DNA from: Bacillota bacterium
Lineage (GTDB): Bacteria > Bacillota > Clostridia > Christensenellales > JAEXRW01
Length of the DNA stretch: 64,000 nt
NCBI GenBank assembly: GCA_023454175.1
Contig: JAEXRW010000040.1
Location: forward strand, 1,925 to 65,924
Direction: 5' to 3'
Part shown: positions 18,001-25,936 of the stretch, one piece after another
Layout of the letters: each line of letters begins with the position of its first letter
How positions within the stretch are numbered: the stretch's first letter is position 1
Translations under genes and position numbers: made by a program
Notes under the pieces: generated by a model
Database searches by the model: none
Seen by the model: only the letters and a program-made list of their open reading frames with translations
What the model was told of the DNA's origin: nothing

Positions 18001-19194
18001 CGTGGTGTTCGTGTTGCCCGTGGTCAGGGGGCTCCCCCAGGGCGTCCATTCCGTGTCCATGGGATCGGTCTTGTAGGATATTTGCAGGGGCACTTCGTCG
18101 TTGTAGCGCCCCGTGGTGATGCTCGTCAGGGTGATGTCGTGTGGCACGTCGTCTTCCACGGCGAAAAGGTCCAGCGGTACGTTGCCCGTGTTGGCCGCGT
18201 TGTTGATGTAGAATATCGCCGTCTGGCCGATGGAGTATTCGTCGTCGTTCTGGCGGTTGCTCTTGGAAAAGCTGGCCGACGCCTGCGGGGCTGGAGTAGA
18301 GAAGCCGTGCGTGTATTCCGCATCCTTGGGGATGTCCGTGGTATCCCCGTATAGTTGCGCCGTGACGTCCGCGTGGTTGGTCACGGTATCCGATACGTCG
18401 AAGTCTGTGGATGAATAGCGCACCGTCACAAACCGGTCGGCAGTGGCGCCCACGTTCAGGTTGGCTATCTCGTCCCACGTCACCTTGTTGGTGTCGGGGT
18501 CGTAGGTGCCCGCCGGGCTGGAGGATACGTACTGTGCGCCCGTGGGCAGCGTGTCGGTTACGATGATATTGTGCAGGTTCAGTCCGCCGGATGAGTTTCC
18601 TGTGACTCTCACCCGATATGTCACGTTGGAGTCCAGCACCGGCACGACCGAGCCGGAAGGGAATGTTTTGGTCTTGGAAACGTTCCAGTCTTCGGGCTTT
18701 ACGTGCGCCGTGACCGTAACGTGGTTGCTTTCCACCGCAGGGGAGTTGTCCCCGTCGATGGTGGCGTAATTGGTCGCCGTGGTGCCGTCCAGCGTCACCC
18801 CGTCCTTGAATTTGGCGCTGATTTTCAATATCCCTGTCACGCCCGCCGGCAGCGGGTCTATGAAGGTAAACGTCACCGTCCGCGTGTCCGCGTCGTAGGC
18901 GGCGTTTTGGATGTGGATGGAGGTGTCCAGCCCCACGTAGTCCAGTTCGGGCGGCAGCACGTCCGTGATCACCACATTGCGCGCATCCGTCGTGACGCTC
19001 GGGTTGGCGTATTTCAGCGTATATACAAAGTTCTGGCCCGGCGCCACGTTCGTCAGGTTCACCGTCTTTTGGATCTGCAGCGTGATGTCGTCTGCGGCAA
19101 AAGCGGTCATGAGCGGTGCCGTAAGGGAGAATTGCAATACCATGCACAGGGAAATGAAAAATACCAGGGCCTTCCTTCCGAACGTCCTTTTCAT
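12052..19194 (-). CDS. 2380-aa surface protein: signal peptide, DUF11-type repeats, 12 SdrD-B-like repeats, C-terminal TM anchor
   Basis: Signal peptide MKRTFGRKALVFFISLCMVLQFSLTAPLMTAFA. DUF11-like units (..ITDVLPPELDYV, ..VTDTLPTGAQYVSS). 12 copies of G[DN]xVWxDxNxNGIQDxGExG...SGxYxFxxLxxGxY. C-terminus IVIGSILLIFAGLLIALTLHRMRRTRK with no LPXTG. Confidence 0.9.
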   Translation of the reverse strand: MKRTFGRKALVFFISLCMVLQFSLTAPLMTAFAADDITLQIQKTVNLTNVAPGQNFVYTLKYANPSVTTDARNVVITDVLPPELDYVGLDTSIHIQNAAYDADTRTVTFTFIDPLPAGVTGILKISAKFKDGVTLDGTTATNYATIDGDNSPAVESNHVTVTAHVKPEDWNVSKTKTFPSGSVVPVLDSNVTYRVRVTGNSSGGLNLHNIIVTDTLPTGAQYVSSSPAGTYDPDTNKVTWDEIANLNVGATADRFVTVRYSSTDFDVSDTVTNHADVTAQLYGDTTDIPKDAEYTHGFSTPAPQASASFSKSNRQNDDEYSIGQTAIFYINNAANTGNVPLDLFAVEDDVPHDITLTSITTGRYNDEVPLQISYKTDPMDTEWTPWGSPLTTGNTNTTLYVADLGLTPGDTITNLKWDFGDGTTHVPVGFAPYQSMEIRGTVLDPSPDPLPHTVTNYAYLHWSYGGSEHVINASAHFDIINAIPWLNPSKSADAATYYYGTRVTYTLRVKNHDYATGNLTNPIAIEALPVQLEDPQFISVTGSSGLPAPTGTNFTPGAMTSTKTDSAGRPVYVWRIGSTMDPVTLEPGQYYDIKFSARIKDQTLVGSVRNTYYLTTDITNNIKPYTGRTTDTEDLDGDGHTDDIMVPATRDIFVKFQGSLESQKWVKGELDSAWHHYTLASPGLGETVAGGKADYRLTVRNSGSNGPISNIVLIDKLPRIGDTGVVDPTARESQWRPYLVNEITCVAGAGLLDDYKIYYSTNANPSCTELADPANNNGSGGDGWTETPPADITTVRSIKIDLGDTVLQPNDSVTFEWPMRAPYGTTPGLVAWNSFGYGATYEDYADEAEIDQPFLPSEPQKVGFEIHNEEPLNLGNRVWEDKNRNGIQDTGEPGINGVLIKLFNGGADPDTDEPLAYTRTGDHFDEAGQGAGWYLFPDLPSGNYFMTFTYPDSYRATVYRTGGGSNDAADSDLDTGASHAGSFYTGETRTITLSSDNMDMDAGLYIPASIGDRVWNDQDADGIQDGGEPNIQGVTVSLADASGDPVTDADGNPVTDKTTNSSGIYTFDNLAPGDYKVHFTLPANYAMSPQDAGGNDGTDSDADATGWTITTTLQSGEDDISWDCGMHKGRVGDRVWNDNSNNGIQDNGEANIPGATVVLHGVGPDTTPYTGDDTTVGTTTTNSSGNYLFTELDAGDYYITVTATLPLEYRFALQDQGADDTKDSDTDATGVSAVFTQDAGEWDMTRDAGMYRLPRLGDRVWKDINANGIQDGGETGVANVTVTCYNAGADNTALTGDDTLVGTKQTNASGIYTFTSLELGRYYLLFTLPANYVFSPADATADTTDSDADTSTGYTAVTSYLGPNANDTSWDAGIHKGIIGDFVWHDGNGNGIQDTGETGVNNIPVALYLNGNPTPLRTTNTNASGSYQFTDLDAGNYSVKMTLGAGYDTFTSADAGGDDAKDSDVDATGASATFTQDAGEIDLTRDAGMYKQPSIGNFVWNDMDADGVQDTGETGVSGVTVTLYNVGEDGTPHTGDDTTAGTATTNASGAYLFDHLTPGSYYIGFTLPTGYAFSPANATADTTDSDADTSTGYTAATSLAYDEYDDTWDAGIHKAALGDYVWYDINANGIQDTGEAGINGVTVELHAAPGGGLIASTTTATGGPSSATGYYEFLDLPAGQYTITVIKPSGDDLFTLRNAGDDAKDSDVNSSGVTGTITLAAGQRDWTNDAGIYMMASYGDFVWNDLNADGIQDTGEGGIPGVAVTLYSAGPDGTALTGDDTTAGTDTTDAGGYYSFDHLMAGTYYAKFTLPAGYAFSTQDAGGNDARDSDANTSTGYTANTTLSPEETELTWDAGMHRAALGDYIWHDANGNGIQDAGETGINDVTVELRAAGDDSLVASTTTITGGPSSTAGYYAFIDVDAGQYFISVSKPAGYDAFTARDAGSDNAKDSDVNSSGRTGTITLAAGQRDWTWDAGVYHYASLGDFVWHDDNLDGLQDADEAGVPNITVRLYSETVSYGAHKLGASSPLATTTTDTDGKYLFPNLAPGNYSVHFALPVNGAYTTLQDAGTNDATDSDANTSTGKTAAFALASGQNDLTRDAGIYYYASLGDTVWDDFNINGIQDAGEAGIPGVTVKLLSSAGVQLRTATTDAGGHYSFTQLTPGDYSVQVTKPAAYAGFTPKDAGSDDALDSDMDTTTGKSVLTSLATGQSDMTWDAGLYKLAALGSRIWIDTDKDGIQDKKEKGVKGVTVLLYDSEGNLVGTTVTDAKGDYMFTGLMPGDYRVKFILPPGYVFTITGTDPASGTDSNADVNGDTTPVDLVSGDNNVTIDAGVYKGSGGATADPSYDYIVIGSILLIFAGLLIALTLHRMRRTRKTETDS
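12195..16580 (-). repeat. tandem coding repeats (12 SdrD-B/Cna-B-like units, two alternating subtypes)
   Basis: Periodic recurrence of GTCTGGAATGA-type DNA and of the protein motif listed above. Boundaries are approximate. Confidence 0.8.
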
Positions 19195-19337
19195 GAGTGT
19201 TACCCCCGCATCCCATAGATAATTTCATCATATACTTTATATTTCCATTTCTCAACAAAAACCTTGTTAATTATACATGGTGTTTTATAGATATAAAAAG
19301 CGCGGCCCGGCGTTCAGAGTGGGGAAACAATCATTAC

Positions 19338-19367
19338 AAAACAAAAAGAGCGGTGTTTTGCCGCTCT
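19338..19367 (-). terminator. intrinsic terminator of the MacAB-like operon
   Basis: Stem AGAGCGG (19347-19353)/CCGCTCT (19361-19367). Minus strand then reads TTTTTGTTTTG. Confidence 0.75.
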
Positions 19368-19383
19368 TAAGCTGTATAGGACC

Positions 19384-19448
19384 CAGCAGGTCTATATATT
19401 CCCCCCCGCAGGGTTAATTGTCAATTGTTAATTGTCAATTTTCAATTG
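19384..19448. repeat. modular intergenic repeat, locus B
   Basis: CAGCAGGTCTATATATT, then C-box CCCCCCCGCAGGG (19401-19413), then five heptamers TYAATTG (19414-19448). The last two heptamers encode the C-terminus and stop of the ABC ATPase. Confidence 0.75.
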
Positions 19449-20118
19449 AAAAGACCCTTCCGTCCCGTACGTGCACCACGCGTCCCGCCTGCCTGGCGAT
19501 ATTGGGGTCGTGCGTGATCAGCACGATGGTTGTCCCGGAGTTGTTTAGCTCCTGCAATAATTTCAGCAGTTCCAGCCCCGTCGCCTGGTCCAGCGCGCCC
19601 GTCGGTTCGTCCGCCAGGATCAGCCCCGCGTCCCCCGCCAGCGCCCGCGCGATGGCCACGCGCTGCTGCTGCCCGCCCGAGAGCTTGGTGGGGATGTAGT
19701 CCACCCGGTCCTCCAGCCCCATTTTGACGAGCAGTTCCTGCGCCTTCTCCACCGCGTCCTTCTTTGTTTCCCCGCGCAGGATCAAGGGCAGGGCCACGTT
19801 GTACAGCGCGGTGTATTTGGGGATCAGGTTAAATTTCTGGAAGACGAAGCCCAGCAGCCGGTTGCGGATGTCCGAGCATTCGTTGTCGTCCTTGCCCAGC
19901 ACGTCCTCCCCGTCCAGCAGATAGGTCCCGCTGTCGGGCGTGTCGATCAGGCCGATGAGGTTCATCAGCGTCGTCTTGCCCGAGCCTGAGGGCCCCTGCA
20001 CCGCCACGAATTCCCCTTTTTCCACCCGGAAGTCCACGTCGGACAGCACCTGCACCCGCGCGTCGCCCTCGCCGTAAGACTTGCAGATCCCCTTCATGTC
20101 GATCGCCGCTTCAGCCAT
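19435..20118 (-). CDS. ABC transporter ATP-binding protein (MacB/LolD-type)
   Basis: Walker A GPSGSGKTT, signature LSGGQQQRVAIARAL, Walker B LILADEPT. Confidence 0.95.
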   Translation of the reverse strand: MAEAAIDMKGICKSYGEGDARVQVLSDVDFRVEKGEFVAVQGPSGSGKTTLMNLIGLIDTPDSGTYLLDGEDVLGKDDNECSDIRNRLLGFVFQKFNLIPKYTALYNVALPLILRGETKKDAVEKAQELLVKMGLEDRVDYIPTKLSGGQQQRVAIARALAGDAGLILADEPTGALDQATGLELLKLLQELNNSGTTIVLITHDPNIARQAGRVVHVRDGRVFSIEN

Positions 20119-20120
20119 GG

Positions 20121-20885
20121 TTAATTTCCTCCCCGGTTGCCGCCCGGCCCGCCCTGGCCTCCGGGGAAGTCGCCGCCCGGGAAACCGCCCGGGAAGAATC
20201 CGCCGTTGTTGCCGTTGCCGGATGTGGACTGGATGCTCACCCGTGCGATGGCCGTATTGTCCTTTTGGGAGTACCAGATGGAGAGGATGTCCCCGACCTT
20301 GATGTCCTTGAAGTCCATCTGCACGGTCTGCACCGATGCACGCGGCATGTTCCCGCCCTGGGTTCCTCTGTTGTTCCCGCCGTTGTTCCCGGCATTGTTG
20401 CCACCGGTATTGTTGCCGTTTGTCCCCGTCGTAGAACGCTGAACGGTCGTGATAGGCACGCCCGGCGGGATCACGATGGTTTTCTCCTCACCCGTGAAGT
20501 TCATGCCAAATCCCCGCCTGCCTCCCTGGCTGCCGCTTGGGGCAGGGCTTTGGCCGGGCGCCAAACTTGCCACAGGATTCTGCGAGCTGTCGCCGGGAGA
20601 CGGTGTCTGCCGGGGTTCGCCGCTGGGCCTCGGGGAGCGCTGCCACCCGCTGGGCCGCGGCGAGCGCTGGCCCGGGCTGAAGGAGGGTATATTCGGGAGT
20701 TCGATTACCTTGATGGTCACCTCGTTGCCTGCGATGGCGGTCACCTGTCCCATCATGTCGGGCCGCTGGTATCCCTGCCCGTTGGGGTTGTTTGCGTTGG
20801 CGTTGTTCGCGCTGCAGGATGCCAGCGTCAGCATGGAGACAGCTGCGATTACTGTTGCGATAATGGGTATGATCCGCTTTTTCAT
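20121..20885 (-). CDS. low-complexity G/N/P-rich lipoprotein
   Basis: Lipobox MLTLASC. Tandem QRSPRPSG repeat; GNN/GGF-rich tracts. Stop lies 2 nt before the ATPase ATG. Confidence 0.7.
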   Translation of the reverse strand: MKKRIIPIIATVIAAVSMLTLASCSANNANANNPNGQGYQRPDMMGQVTAIAGNEVTIKVIELPNIPSFSPGQRSPRPSGWQRSPRPSGEPRQTPSPGDSSQNPVASLAPGQSPAPSGSQGGRRGFGMNFTGEEKTIVIPPGVPITTVQRSTTGTNGNNTGGNNAGNNGGNNRGTQGGNMPRASVQTVQMDFKDIKVGDILSIWYSQKDNTAIARVSIQSTSGNGNNGGFFPGGFPGGDFPGGQGGPGGNRGGN

Positions 20886-20920
20886 CTATGTTCAGCTCCG
20901 TTTCGGCGCGCGCACGCGCT

Positions 20921-22108
20921 TTATTCATAGTTCAGCGAGTCGATCGGTTTCAGCCGTGAAGCCTTCAGCGCCGGGTAATAGCCAAAGAACGTCCCCGTCG
21001 CCACCGAGAAGAGCAGTCCGAGGAGCACGCCCTCCACCGAAGGCAGCGCGCTGATGCCCAGCAGTCCCAGCAGAGGCATACCGGCCAACCCTACGATCGT
21101 GCCGATGACGCCCCCCGCCACACTGATCACGATAGCCTCCAGCAGAAACTCCAGCAGGATGTCCCGCCGCCTCGCCCCGATGCTTTTCAATATTCCGATC
21201 TCCCTGGTTCTTTCCTTGATGGAGACGAATAGTACGTTCATGATCCCGATGCCCCCCACGATCAGCACGATGGCCGCCACGGATATTAATAACGTGGACA
21301 TCTGCCGCGCCGTCTCCTGCGCGCTCGAGAGCCTGCTTCCGGCGTCCGTGATGTTGTAGGCTTCGTTGTCGTTCAGGGTATCCCCCAGGAAGTCCTTCAC
21401 ATCCTCCATCGCCGCCGCCACCGAGTTCACGTCGTTGGCCTGCACCACGAAGGTCGCCTGCATCCTGCGCCCTAGGGTGTATTGCTGGGCCACCGCGTAC
21501 GGGATAAATACGCCGTTGTCGATGCCTCCGCTCGCCATGCCCCCGCCCGTGTCCCCCACGCGCTGCAGCGTGCCCGCCACCGTGTACTTCCGGCCCGATA
21601 TCGTCACGGTGCTGCCCACAGCCTGGGTGATGTCGTCCGGGAAAAGGGTGCTGGCCACCGTATAGCCCAGTACGGCCACCTTGTTCTTCTTCGTGCCGTC
21701 CTCATCCGTAAACTTTTCGCCGTTTTCGATGATGAGGTTCTGCATGTCGAAGTAGGATTCGCTGATGCCCCCGATCTGGGCGTTGGTCGTAGTCCCGGAG
21801 TACCCCACGCTGCCAAATGTATTGATGGTGGCGCCCACCGAATGGATGTTGCCCATCTCGGTCATCCGCATCGCCTGCTCCAGCGTCAGGTCCTTGCCCG
21901 TATAGCTCCTGTTTTTGGTGAGCATGATGGTCTCCACGCTCAGCCGCCTGTACTGGCTGGCCACCGCCGCCTCGCTGCCCTTGCCGATCCCCACCACCAT
22001 GATGATGGTGAAAGCGCCGATGATGATGCCCAGGGATGTCAGGAATACGCGGGATTTGTTGGCCTTCAGGTTGAGCAGGATGGACCGGAATATCTCACTT
22101 AGCCGCAC
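20921..22108 (-). CDS. ABC transporter permease (FtsX/MacB-type)
   Basis: N-terminal TM, large extracytoplasmic domain, C-terminal 3 TM with ERTREIGILKSIGARRRDIL. Track start is GTG 22117; the in-frame GTG 22108 has better SD spacing (GAGGA + 8 nt). Confidence 0.9.
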   Translation of the reverse strand: MRLSEIFRSILLNLKANKSRVFLTSLGIIIGAFTIIMVVGIGKGSEAAVASQYRRLSVETIMLTKNRSYTGKDLTLEQAMRMTEMGNIHSVGATINTFGSVGYSGTTTNAQIGGISESYFDMQNLIIENGEKFTDEDGTKKNKVAVLGYTVASTLFPDDITQAVGSTVTISGRKYTVAGTLQRVGDTGGGMASGGIDNGVFIPYAVAQQYTLGRRMQATFVVQANDVNSVAAAMEDVKDFLGDTLNDNEAYNITDAGSRLSSAQETARQMSTLLISVAAIVLIVGGIGIMNVLFVSIKERTREIGILKSIGARRRDILLEFLLEAIVISVAGGVIGTIVGLAGMPLLGLLGISALPSVEGVLLGLLFSVATGTFFGYYPALKASRLKPIDSLNYE

Positions 22109-23492
22109 TTGACCCACTCCTCACGATCACCGTTTCGCCCCGTTCCAATCCGGTACTGACCTCCACGTTTGTTCCGTCCGAGAGTCCCGTCTTGACCTGG
22201 CGCTTTTCGGTGGAGCCGTCTTCTTTCACCATATCCACGTACTGGATGCCGTCTTCCATGTATACCGCCCTGTAGTGGATGTACAGTACGTTCTGCACCT
22301 GCTTGGAGATGAAGTTGATGGTGCATGTCATCCCCTGCATGATCTTGCCGGCATTGTCGTTGCTGTCGAGCTTCGCCGTCACCGAGTAGGATACGAGGCC
22401 TGTATTGTCCACCTTGGGCACGCTTCTGATGTCCGCCACCTTGCCCGTGAATGCCGTGTCCCCCACGCCGTCAAAGGTGACGCTTACGAATTGGTCCAGC
22501 TGCACCTGGGCGATGTCCGTTTCGGATATGCTCGCTGTGATTTGTATGGTCCTCGCATCCGGGACGAATACGATGAACCCGGTAGTTGCGTTCTGCCCTG
22601 AGGTGGTGGTCCCGGCAGCGGTGATGGCGTCCCCCACGGATTTTGTGATGTTCAGGATCGTGCCGTCCGCCGGCGCCGTCAGCTGGGACTTGCTCATGTT
22701 CGCCTGGGCGTCGGTCTGGTTCTTGGTGGCCGTGTCCACGTTCACCTGCGCGTTGTCCACAGAGACCGTGTTGCCCGATGTGATGCTGTAACGCTGCTTC
22801 TGGATGCTGTAGCTCGTATAGGCGCTGGATGTGCTCTTGTCTGCGCTGGATTTTACTTTGTTGTATTTGGTCTGCTCTGCGTCCATCGCATCCTTTGCAT
22901 CGTCCATTGCCTTCTTCTTAACCGTATCGCCTGGGTCACCGGCTTCGTATTCAGTTTTGGCAGTGTTGTAAGCAGCTATGGCGGTGTCTAATATTGCCTT
23001 CTCGTCCGCTACCTTCTGGTCGTTCTGCGCCTTGGTGCTCACATACTGGTCATATGCCTGGTCCACCTGCTGCTTCGAGCTGAGCAGGTTCAGCGAGCGC
23101 TGCGCCTTTGCGTCCTTCAGGCTCAGCTTCGCCTTTGTCAGCGCGTCGTTGGCCTCGTCCAATTGGTCCTGCAGCTCGTCCGTGCTCACCTCGGCCAGCA
23201 CGTCCCCGGCCTTTACCTTCTGCCCCGAGACTACGTTGATGGCTTTCACTGTGCCGCTCACCGAGAAATCCAGGTTTTGAACAGGTAATGCCGCCGTGCC
23301 GTCCGATGTGAATCCTAGCGTCAGGTCCCCCTGCCGTACCTGCGATTCCGTCGTTTTTGCGTTCGCCGCCTTCGTACCTGCGTTTGTGGTCAAAAGCACC
23401 ACCGTAACGGCGGCCGCCACCACGATGATGCCTGCTGCTATGATGACGTTCCTGACTTTTTTAGATATGCCTTTTTTCTTCTCCGCGGCCAT
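22095..23492 (-). CDS. efflux transporter periplasmic adaptor (HlyD/MacA-like)
   Basis: N-terminal TM anchor, long coiled-coil (ELQDQLDEANDALTKAKLSLKDAKAQ..), beta-barrel C-terminal part. Confidence 0.9.
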   Translation of the reverse strand: MAAEKKKGISKKVRNVIIAAGIIVVAAAVTVVLLTTNAGTKAANAKTTESQVRQGDLTLGFTSDGTAALPVQNLDFSVSGTVKAINVVSGQKVKAGDVLAEVSTDELQDQLDEANDALTKAKLSLKDAKAQRSLNLLSSKQQVDQAYDQYVSTKAQNDQKVADEKAILDTAIAAYNTAKTEYEAGDPGDTVKKKAMDDAKDAMDAEQTKYNKVKSSADKSTSSAYTSYSIQKQRYSITSGNTVSVDNAQVNVDTATKNQTDAQANMSKSQLTAPADGTILNITKSVGDAITAAGTTTSGQNATTGFIVFVPDARTIQITASISETDIAQVQLDQFVSVTFDGVGDTAFTGKVADIRSVPKVDNTGLVSYSVTAKLDSNDNAGKIMQGMTCTINFISKQVQNVLYIHYRAVYMEDGIQYVDMVKEDGSTEKRQVKTGLSDGTNVEVSTGLERGETVIVRSGSSAAK

Positions 23493-23796
23493 ATCCGCAT
23501 TCAGCCCCTTCTACTTGCATTTTCCAGTTTATCATAGCTTCCATTTGTGTCCATCCTGTGAACTTTCTATAAACGTGCTGTTAATAAACAGGGCCCGGTA
23601 CTCCATCAGATAGTCCTGCGTCAGCTGGAAATCCATATGTCTTGTAAAAAGCGGTACGAATGGTACCCAAATTCCCATAGATCAGTCATAAGAGGCATCA
23701 GATCATGTTGCACACATAAGCAACTCGCATATGATTCAGATATGGGCAGATACTGCAAGGGATGGGTGCTGGAAGGCAGCCCATGCTGTTCGATTA

Positions 23797-23825
23797 TTGC
23801 ATCAGCGCACAAAATATGCAATAAT
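23797..23825 (+). promoter_or_regulatory. candidate sigma-A promoter for the RCC1 lipoprotein gene
   Basis: TTGCAT (23797-23802), 17 nt, AATAAT (23820-23825), with TG at -15/-14. Embedded in the inverted repeat ATTGCAT..ATGCAAT. Confidence 0.5.
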
Positions 23826-23937
23826 TGCTATGGAGTGCTAATTATTGGTCTGCCTTGCGGCGCACTGCCGCCATGCTACACGATGGTCCGGGCGTGAAAA
23901 CAGTTCCACGAATATTGCATTCAGGAGGAAAAAGCCT

Positions 23938-25332
23938 ATGAAACGGGTATGGGTATGCATATTGGCTGTTTTGGCTGTACTCACCCTGGGCGGATGTGCG
24001 CAGCAGGCTGCGCCTGCGGCATCGCCGTCACCGTCTGTAAAAGTCTATATGCCCACGATGGCCCCGTTGCCTTCGCTCGTAATGCCGCAGGTGATAAGGA
24101 CCGCCCCGCCGCTGAACATCCGGAATCCATATGGATACACGGAATACCCGGCGCCTTCGCCGCAGAATGCCGCCGTCACGCTCCCAGAAAGCGGGGCAGC
24201 GCGGGTGACCGCCGTCTATTCGGGCTGCAGCGCCACTTCCTGTTTCCTGCTCAAAAGCGATGGCAGCATGTGGGCCTGGGGTTATAACGAGCGCGGCGAG
24301 TTGGGTGACGGTACGGGGAAGACCCCACCGCCGCCTTCAAATGGTGCTTATGTGAAGACTGCCGTGAAAGTCATGGACGGCGTGAAAGAGGTGGCAGCAG
24401 GAAAACACCACACGCTGATGCTCAAACAGGACGGGAGCCTGTGGGGATGCGGCAGCAACGAATACGGACAGTTGGGCTCGTTGAATAGGCAGGATGCCCT
24501 GGTACCTGTCAAGATCATGGACCATGTGCTCACAGCAGCCGCGGGCGGCATGCATTCGCTGGCGGTGAGCGGTGATGGAAGCCTATGGGCATGGGGCAGG
24601 AACGAAAACGGGCAGCTGGGCGATGGCAGCACGAAAGACAGCGCGGCGCCCGTCAGGATATTCAGTGGTGTGAAAGCGGTTGCTGCGGGTGAAAATCATT
24701 CGATGGCGCTGCTGGCGGACGGCACGCTGTGGACCTGGGGGGACAACGCTTCCGGGCAGTTGGGCGACGGCACCACGAAAGATCGGCTAAAACCCAAAAA
24801 GATCATGAAAGGTGTGGCGGGACTGGCCGCCGGGGACGGGCAGGGGATCACAAAATCCACGCCCGCGACCTACATCACTACATACCAGCTGAAAAAGAAG
24901 CACGGATTCTGGATGATGGTACCCCATAGGAGTCCGTTAACGTATACGTATTACCCCGGACGGGACGGGGACTTTTCACTGGCGGTCAAGGCCGACGGCA
25001 CCCTGTGGGCGTGGGGATGCAACGGACACGGCCAGCTGGGCAACGGAAAAACAAAAAACAGCGCAAAGCCCGTTAAGGTGCTGGGCGGCGTCAAAACAGC
25101 GGTAGCGGGCGGCAGCTTTGCTTTGGCTTTAAAAGAAGACGGCAGCCTGTGGGTCTGGGGCACGCGGGACTTTGCACAGCTGGCGGGGGGCAGCGCCGCT
25201 GCTGCGGCCAAACCGAAGCAGCTGATGCAGGGAGTGGCTTGCGTAGCTGCGAGCTATACGGGCGTGATCGTACTCCGGTACGATGGAAGCATCGCGGAAT
25301 GCCTGACTGCCGCTACGACGCCCGCGCCATAA
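23938..25332 (+). CDS. RCC1-repeat (beta-propeller) lipoprotein
   Basis: Track ORF is 23845..25332. Start moved to ATG 23938 (SD AGGAGG; MKRVWVCILAVLAVLTLGGC lipobox). Repeats GYNERGELGDGTG, GSNEYGQLG, GRNENGQLGDGST, GDNASGQLGDGTT, GCNGHGQLGNGKT. Confidence 0.9.
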   Translation: MKRVWVCILAVLAVLTLGGCAQQAAPAASPSPSVKVYMPTMAPLPSLVMPQVIRTAPPLNIRNPYGYTEYPAPSPQNAAVTLPESGAARVTAVYSGCSATSCFLLKSDGSMWAWGYNERGELGDGTGKTPPPPSNGAYVKTAVKVMDGVKEVAAGKHHTLMLKQDGSLWGCGSNEYGQLGSLNRQDALVPVKIMDHVLTAAAGGMHSLAVSGDGSLWAWGRNENGQLGDGSTKDSAAPVRIFSGVKAVAAGENHSMALLADGTLWTWGDNASGQLGDGTTKDRLKPKKIMKGVAGLAAGDGQGITKSTPATYITTYQLKKKHGFWMMVPHRSPLTYTYYPGRDGDFSLAVKADGTLWAWGCNGHGQLGNGKTKNSAKPVKVLGGVKTAVAGGSFALALKEDGSLWVWGTRDFAQLAGGSAAAAAKPKQLMQGVACVAASYTGVIVLRYDGSIAECLTAATTPAP

Positions 25333-25572
25333 ACCCCGGGAAATCGGTTTAAAGCGTCTTTTAGCCAATGAACAGAATTGATTTTATACTTATAAAGACG
25401 GACAGGGAAATGGTCTCATTAAGGGCGTGGCAGTCTTTGCTTCCCCGCTCTTCCTTTATTCATGATCCGGTCGCATGACTTACGGTTTATAAGCGCACTT
25501 CACAAATTATTGAAAAGTGAAAGGAACGTGGCTGCGTGCATTTCCATATGATGGTTATGGAGATGATTATAT

Positions 25573-25863
25573 ATGTCTGATAGACTGCATACGCATAACT
25601 ATATTGATGAGACCACTTTCGTCGATGGCCACCTGCATCGCATGTGGGGGGTGACGAGCGCGGAGCCCTTCACGCCCGGCCACGTTCACCATATGTCCGG
25701 CAATACCACGCTGGATGACGGACATTTTCATGTTTATGATGTCATTACCTCTCCCGGCAGGCGGAAAGGCCCCCACGGCCATTTTCATGAGTACCGGGGG
25801 GATACGCAGGTCGCCGAGGAGCATACCCACGGTTTCAGGGGCTTTACTTCATTGGCCTTGTGA
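25573..25863 (+). CDS. ymaF: YmaF-family His-rich small protein
   Basis: Reiterated HxH/GHxH units (DGHLHRM, GHVHHM, DGHFHVY, HGHFHEY, EHTHGF). Confidence 0.75.
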   Translation: MSDRLHTHNYIDETTFVDGHLHRMWGVTSAEPFTPGHVHHMSGNTTLDDGHFHVYDVITSPGRRKGPHGHFHEYRGDTQVAEEHTHGFRGFTSLAL

Positions 25864-25881
25864 AGGTTACTTTAATTGCAT

Positions 25882-25911
25882 GGAAAAGGCGCGGATGACC
25901 GCGCCTTTTCC
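25882..25911. terminator. bidirectional terminator shared by ymaF and the convergent permease gene
   Basis: GGAAAAGGCGCGG (25882-25894), ATGA, CCGCGCCTTTTCC (25899-25911). The GC core is flanked by A/T runs on both sides. Confidence 0.8.
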
Positions 25912-25936
25912 ATATGAGTAATGTATGATTGCTTTT

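Noticed and set aside
17762-19258. 498-aa minus-strand ORF in an alternative frame of the adhesin gene
   Set aside because: It overlaps the real frame, which has the signal peptide and DUF11 repeats. The Arg/Gly/His-rich nonsense composition marks it as spurious.
19414-19448. Heptamer arrays as CRISPR or other spacer-containing arrays
   Set aside because: The period is 7 nt with no spacers, there are only 3-5 units, and no cas genes are in the window. These are micro-tandem repeats, not CRISPR.
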